Shown here: positions 61,106 through 64,000 of the stretch, piece by piece | Numbering within the stretch: the first letter of the stretch is position 1 | Layout of the letters: every line of letters starts with the position of its first letter | Source: Methanothrix sp. | GTDB taxonomy: Archaea; Halobacteriota; Methanosarcinia; Methanotrichales; Methanotrichaceae | Assembly (NCBI GenBank): GCA_040770465.1 | Contig: JAXGJB010000003.1 | Coordinates: 50,421 to 114,420 of the forward strand | DNA length: 64,000 nucleotides | Direction of reading: 5' to 3' | Program-made: the position numbers and the translations under genes | The notes under the pieces: model-generated | Database searches by the model: none | What the model was told of the DNA's origin: nothing | The model's input: only the letters and a program-made list of their open reading frames with translations

Positions 61106-61256
61106 AACAAATCCACCTTTGAACCGCGCAATTAACAGATCAAATCTTTAAGACCTTTTTATACATGTATCTTTCGGGAGACCCGGACCGATTAAATATT
61201 CAACGCCAACTGTCGACAACGTTCAGCATAGGATTATTCTCGCTTGGGCGGACCTT

Positions 61257-62141
61257 TCAGCAGACCTCCGCCCCTTCCTCCTCCCCCGCTTCGATCGCTG
61301 CGAGCTTCTCCAGCACCGGCCTCGTCGAGACCGAGTTCATCGATAGCCCCAGCTCCTCCGCGCCGAGGCCGAGGGCGAGCCCCGTCATCTGGGTGACGTA
61401 TAAAACTGGCAGTCCGATCTCCTCGCCGAACTTCTTCTCCAGGATCGGCTGGTTGGCGTCCAGCATCAGGTGGCATAAGGGGCAGAGCGCGACGACGAAG
61501 TCTGCGCCCGATTCCTTGGCGTTCCGGAGTATTCGGATGAGGGTCTCGGCGGCGGCCTCCTCCTCGGGCATGAAGATGGGGCCGCAGCAGCACTTCATCT
61601 TCAGCCGGAAGTCCGTCGGCTCCGCGCCCAGGGTCCTGATCAGGTTTTCGAGGATCGAGGGGTTCTCGGGGCTGTCGATCCCGCCGCCGGGGCGCGTCAG
61701 AAGACAGCCGTAGTAGGGGGCTGCCTTCAAGCCTCCCAGGGGCCGGACGACGAGGTCCTCGGGGTCCTCGGCCTCGCCGAGGGCTCCTGTGATCGTCTCG
61801 ATGACGTGCTCGACCTCTTTTTCTTCTTCGTACTTTTTCTCCAGGGCCTCGTTCACCTTCTCCCGGACTTTTCGGTCTTTGAGCCGGATCATCGCCGCCC
61901 GGAGCCTGCTGTAGCAGATCGAGCAGGAGGTCATCACCGGAAGCTCGGTCCTCACCAGGTTTCTTGCGGCAAGGGCCGTCGAGACGACCTCGTTTGAGAC
62001 GTGGGTTGCGCCGCAGCAGTTCCAGTCGTCGATCTCCTCAAGCTCGACGCCCAGGGCCCGGCAGACCGCCCTCGTCGATATCTCGTACTCCCTTCCCGTC
62101 GACCGGGCGACGCATCCGGGGTAGTATGCGAGCTGCTTCAT
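61257..62141 (-). CDS. hdrB: Heterodisulfide reductase subunit B
   Basis: YYPGC, NCCG, CSIC, YYGC, CCG, CPLC (two CCG domains). Confidence 0.9.
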   Translation of the reverse strand: MKQLAYYPGCVARSTGREYEISTRAVCRALGVELEEIDDWNCCGATHVSNEVVSTALAARNLVRTELPVMTSCSICYSRLRAAMIRLKDRKVREKVNEALEKKYEEEKEVEHVIETITGALGEAEDPEDLVVRPLGGLKAAPYYGCLLTRPGGGIDSPENPSILENLIRTLGAEPTDFRLKMKCCCGPIFMPEEEAAAETLIRILRNAKESGADFVVALCPLCHLMLDANQPILEKKFGEEIGLPVLYVTQMTGLALGLGAEELGLSMNSVSTRPVLEKLAAIEAGEEEGAEVC

Positions 62142-62785
62142 TTCGCGGCCTCCTCTTCCTCTGTTTCTTCGGCCTTCTTCGGCTTTCCTTCGTCGTCGCC
62201 CAGAAGCTCGAAGATCCGCCTCACCTCCTTGGTCCCCTCGATCCTCTCGCCCCTCGCCGCCTCAAAACTCAGCTCGATCTTCCCCTTGGGGACGAGCTCA
62301 GCGCCGAAGGCCATGATCTGGAGCGCCGAGCTGGGGTTTCTGATCATGTACTCGGCCGATAGCAGAACCTCCGATATCCGGCCATAATCCCGTATCTGGC
62401 GGCCGAAGATCCCCTCGAAGACCGAGTCTCTGCACTTCAAGCCCTCTTCCTCGTAGATCGTCTTGAGGGCGGCGACGACCGCCATAGGCCTGATACTCCT
62501 CGGGCAGCGGACGGTGCAGAGGAGGCAGGATGTGCAAAGCCAGATCGACCTGCTCGATAGAGCCCTCTCCTTCTCTCCTTCGAGGACGAGCTTGACGAGC
62601 TTTCGGATCGGCACATCCATCAGGGGGGCTGTGGGGCAGCTTGCAGAGCAGGTCCCGCACTGGATGCAGGTTTTGACCTCGTCTCCGGCGAGTTTGAGGA
62701 CTCGATCTCTGAACATCTCTTCCTCGGGCGTCATCGTCGAGGTCGTGTCCTCCGTCGTCTCCGTCTTCATTGCCGTATCCGTCAT
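62138..62785 (-). CDS. hdrC: Heterodisulfide reductase subunit C
   Basis: CIQCGTCSASCP, IWLCTSCLLCTVRCP. Confidence 0.9.
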   Translation of the reverse strand: MTDTAMKTETTEDTTSTMTPEEEMFRDRVLKLAGDEVKTCIQCGTCSASCPTAPLMDVPIRKLVKLVLEGEKERALSSRSIWLCTSCLLCTVRCPRSIRPMAVVAALKTIYEEEGLKCRDSVFEGIFGRQIRDYGRISEVLLSAEYMIRNPSSALQIMAFGAELVPKGKIELSFEAARGERIEGTKEVRRIFELLGDDEGKPKKAEETEEEEAAK

Positions 62786-64000
62786 TTTCCATCACCCCCC
62801 TCTGCCGAAGCCTTCGCTTTCGCCTTCTTGATCCGCTCGCTGATCTTCTCGCTCGCCTCAATGATCTCGTTTCTCTCCCAGACGAACCTCACCTTCGGCT
62901 TGTTGATCACAGCCTCCACGTCCGCGAGGGCCTGGTTGATCTTCGAGAGGAGGTCTGGGTCCCTCTCGGGAGCCTCGATCTCGGCTATCGGCGGCTTCTC
63001 GATCTGGGGCGGCTCGACGATCCCCGAGAGGTCCGGCCGCTTCCTCGACTTCGTTACGATCGTTGAGATCGCCTCCTTCCACTCCTCCGCCCAGGGGGTC
63101 TCCAAGACCTTAGTTGTGGAGACGCCGGTCCGGTCCACCTCCACGGCGAAGCAGTGACAGGAGTTGGCGCAGGCCCCACAAAATATGCACTGATCACGTT
63201 CGACCTTGATCTTGCCGTCTTCGCCTACGTACCAGCAGTCGGCGGGGCAGACGTTGAAGCAGGCGTGGCATCCCATGGGGTCGCAGAGGGGAAGCTGCTT
63301 CTCGACGAGCCTTATATCCCCCTCGAAGGGCTTTGTTATCTCCATGGCGTCATAGGGGCAAACGAGAAGACACCTGCCGCAGCCGATGCACTTTTCCTGG
63401 TCGACCTCGATCTCCCCGAGAAAACGGAACTCTTCCTCCAGCTCCAGAGGCGTCCCCTCTACTTTGATCGCCTCCTCGGGACAGATCCCGACGCAGAGGC
63501 CACAGTGGTCGCAGAGATCCTCGTCGACGAGGAGCTGCTCGAAGGGGACGAGATCCGTCGGGGTGGGATCCCTATCCTGGAGAAGGAAGGCCTCGCAGAA
63601 CTTGGCGCATTTTCCGCATAAATTGCACTTCTCGGGATCGACCTCGATCTTCCCCTTCCCCTCTCCTTTTTCTTCCTCCCGGAGGGGGCCGAAGACGTCC
63701 CTCGTCGGGAAGAATACGACGGTGATCGCCTCGGTGGGACAGACCGGCTCACAGAGGGCGCAGGGGAGGCACCTCTCGTTCGGCTCGGCTTCGGAGACGA
63801 GGTGTGGGTACTCTTCCATCTCCCGATAGTCCTTGTCGTTGGCGGTCATCCTGTAGGCGTCTACGGGACAGAAGGCGGCGCACATCCCGCAGAAGACGCA
63901 GGCTTCGAGGTCTATCAGGACCGGCGGCGCGTCAAGGCCCGTGGCGATCTCGATGACGGGGCCGAGGGAGAGGGCCTTTGTGGGGCAGAGGGCGACGCAG
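62782..64000 (-). CDS. Polyferredoxin, FwdF-like (5' end beyond the window)
   Basis: Many CxxCxxCxxxCP motifs; frame continues to the window edge. Confidence 0.8.
   Translation of the reverse strand, partial: CVALCPTKALSLGPVIEIATGLDAPPVLIDLEACVFCGMCAAFCPVDAYRMTANDKDYREMEEYPHLVSEAEPNERCLPCALCEPVCPTEAITVVFFPTRDVFGPLREEEKGEGKGKIEVDPEKCNLCGKCAKFCEAFLLQDRDPTPTDLVPFEQLLVDEDLCDHCGLCVGICPEEAIKVEGTPLELEEEFRFLGEIEVDQEKCIGCGRCLLVCPYDAMEITKPFEGDIRLVEKQLPLCDPMGCHACFNVCPADCWYVGEDGKIKVERDQCIFCGACANSCHCFAVEVDRTGVSTTKVLETPWAEEWKEAISTIVTKSRKRPDLSGIVEPPQIEKPPIAEIEAPERDPDLLSKINQALADVEAVINKPKVRFVWERNEIIEASEKISERIKKAKAKASAEGGDGK

Overview
GC-rich archaeal chromosome window, most likely from a Methanothrix/Methanocrinis-type aceticlastic methanogen. 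This is inferred from gene content: fae-hps, npdG, hdrBC, an FwdF-like polyferredoxin, purP, a vor operon and sheath-like secreted proteins. It is mostly housekeeping genes (tsr3, valS, cyaB, presenilin, trm1, thiC-like, purP, archease-rtcB-trmJ, pepD) interleaved with many secreted or surface proteins (S8 protease, rhodanese-like, NosD, DUF11, a giant TPR protein, beta-propellers). Small accessory patches include an AT-rich SIR2-like gene plus an AAA-ATPase remnant at the left edge, an AT-rich methyltransferase, a triplicated RDD array with palindromes, an HsdR_N-like nuclease between imperfect direct repeats, a beta-propeller gene flanked by two hsdS 3'-end remnants, and two toxin-antitoxin pairs. 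I found no rRNA, tRNA, CRISPR array, integrase or transposase. Best leads: the hsdS-remnant-flanked cassette, the RDD array, a structured putative sRNA upstream of npdG, an acyl-CoA ligase-ferredoxin fusion, a tandem-SIS protein with complementary motif retention, and a secreted operon sharing an Ig-like domain. Family assignments come from motif recognition, not database searches.
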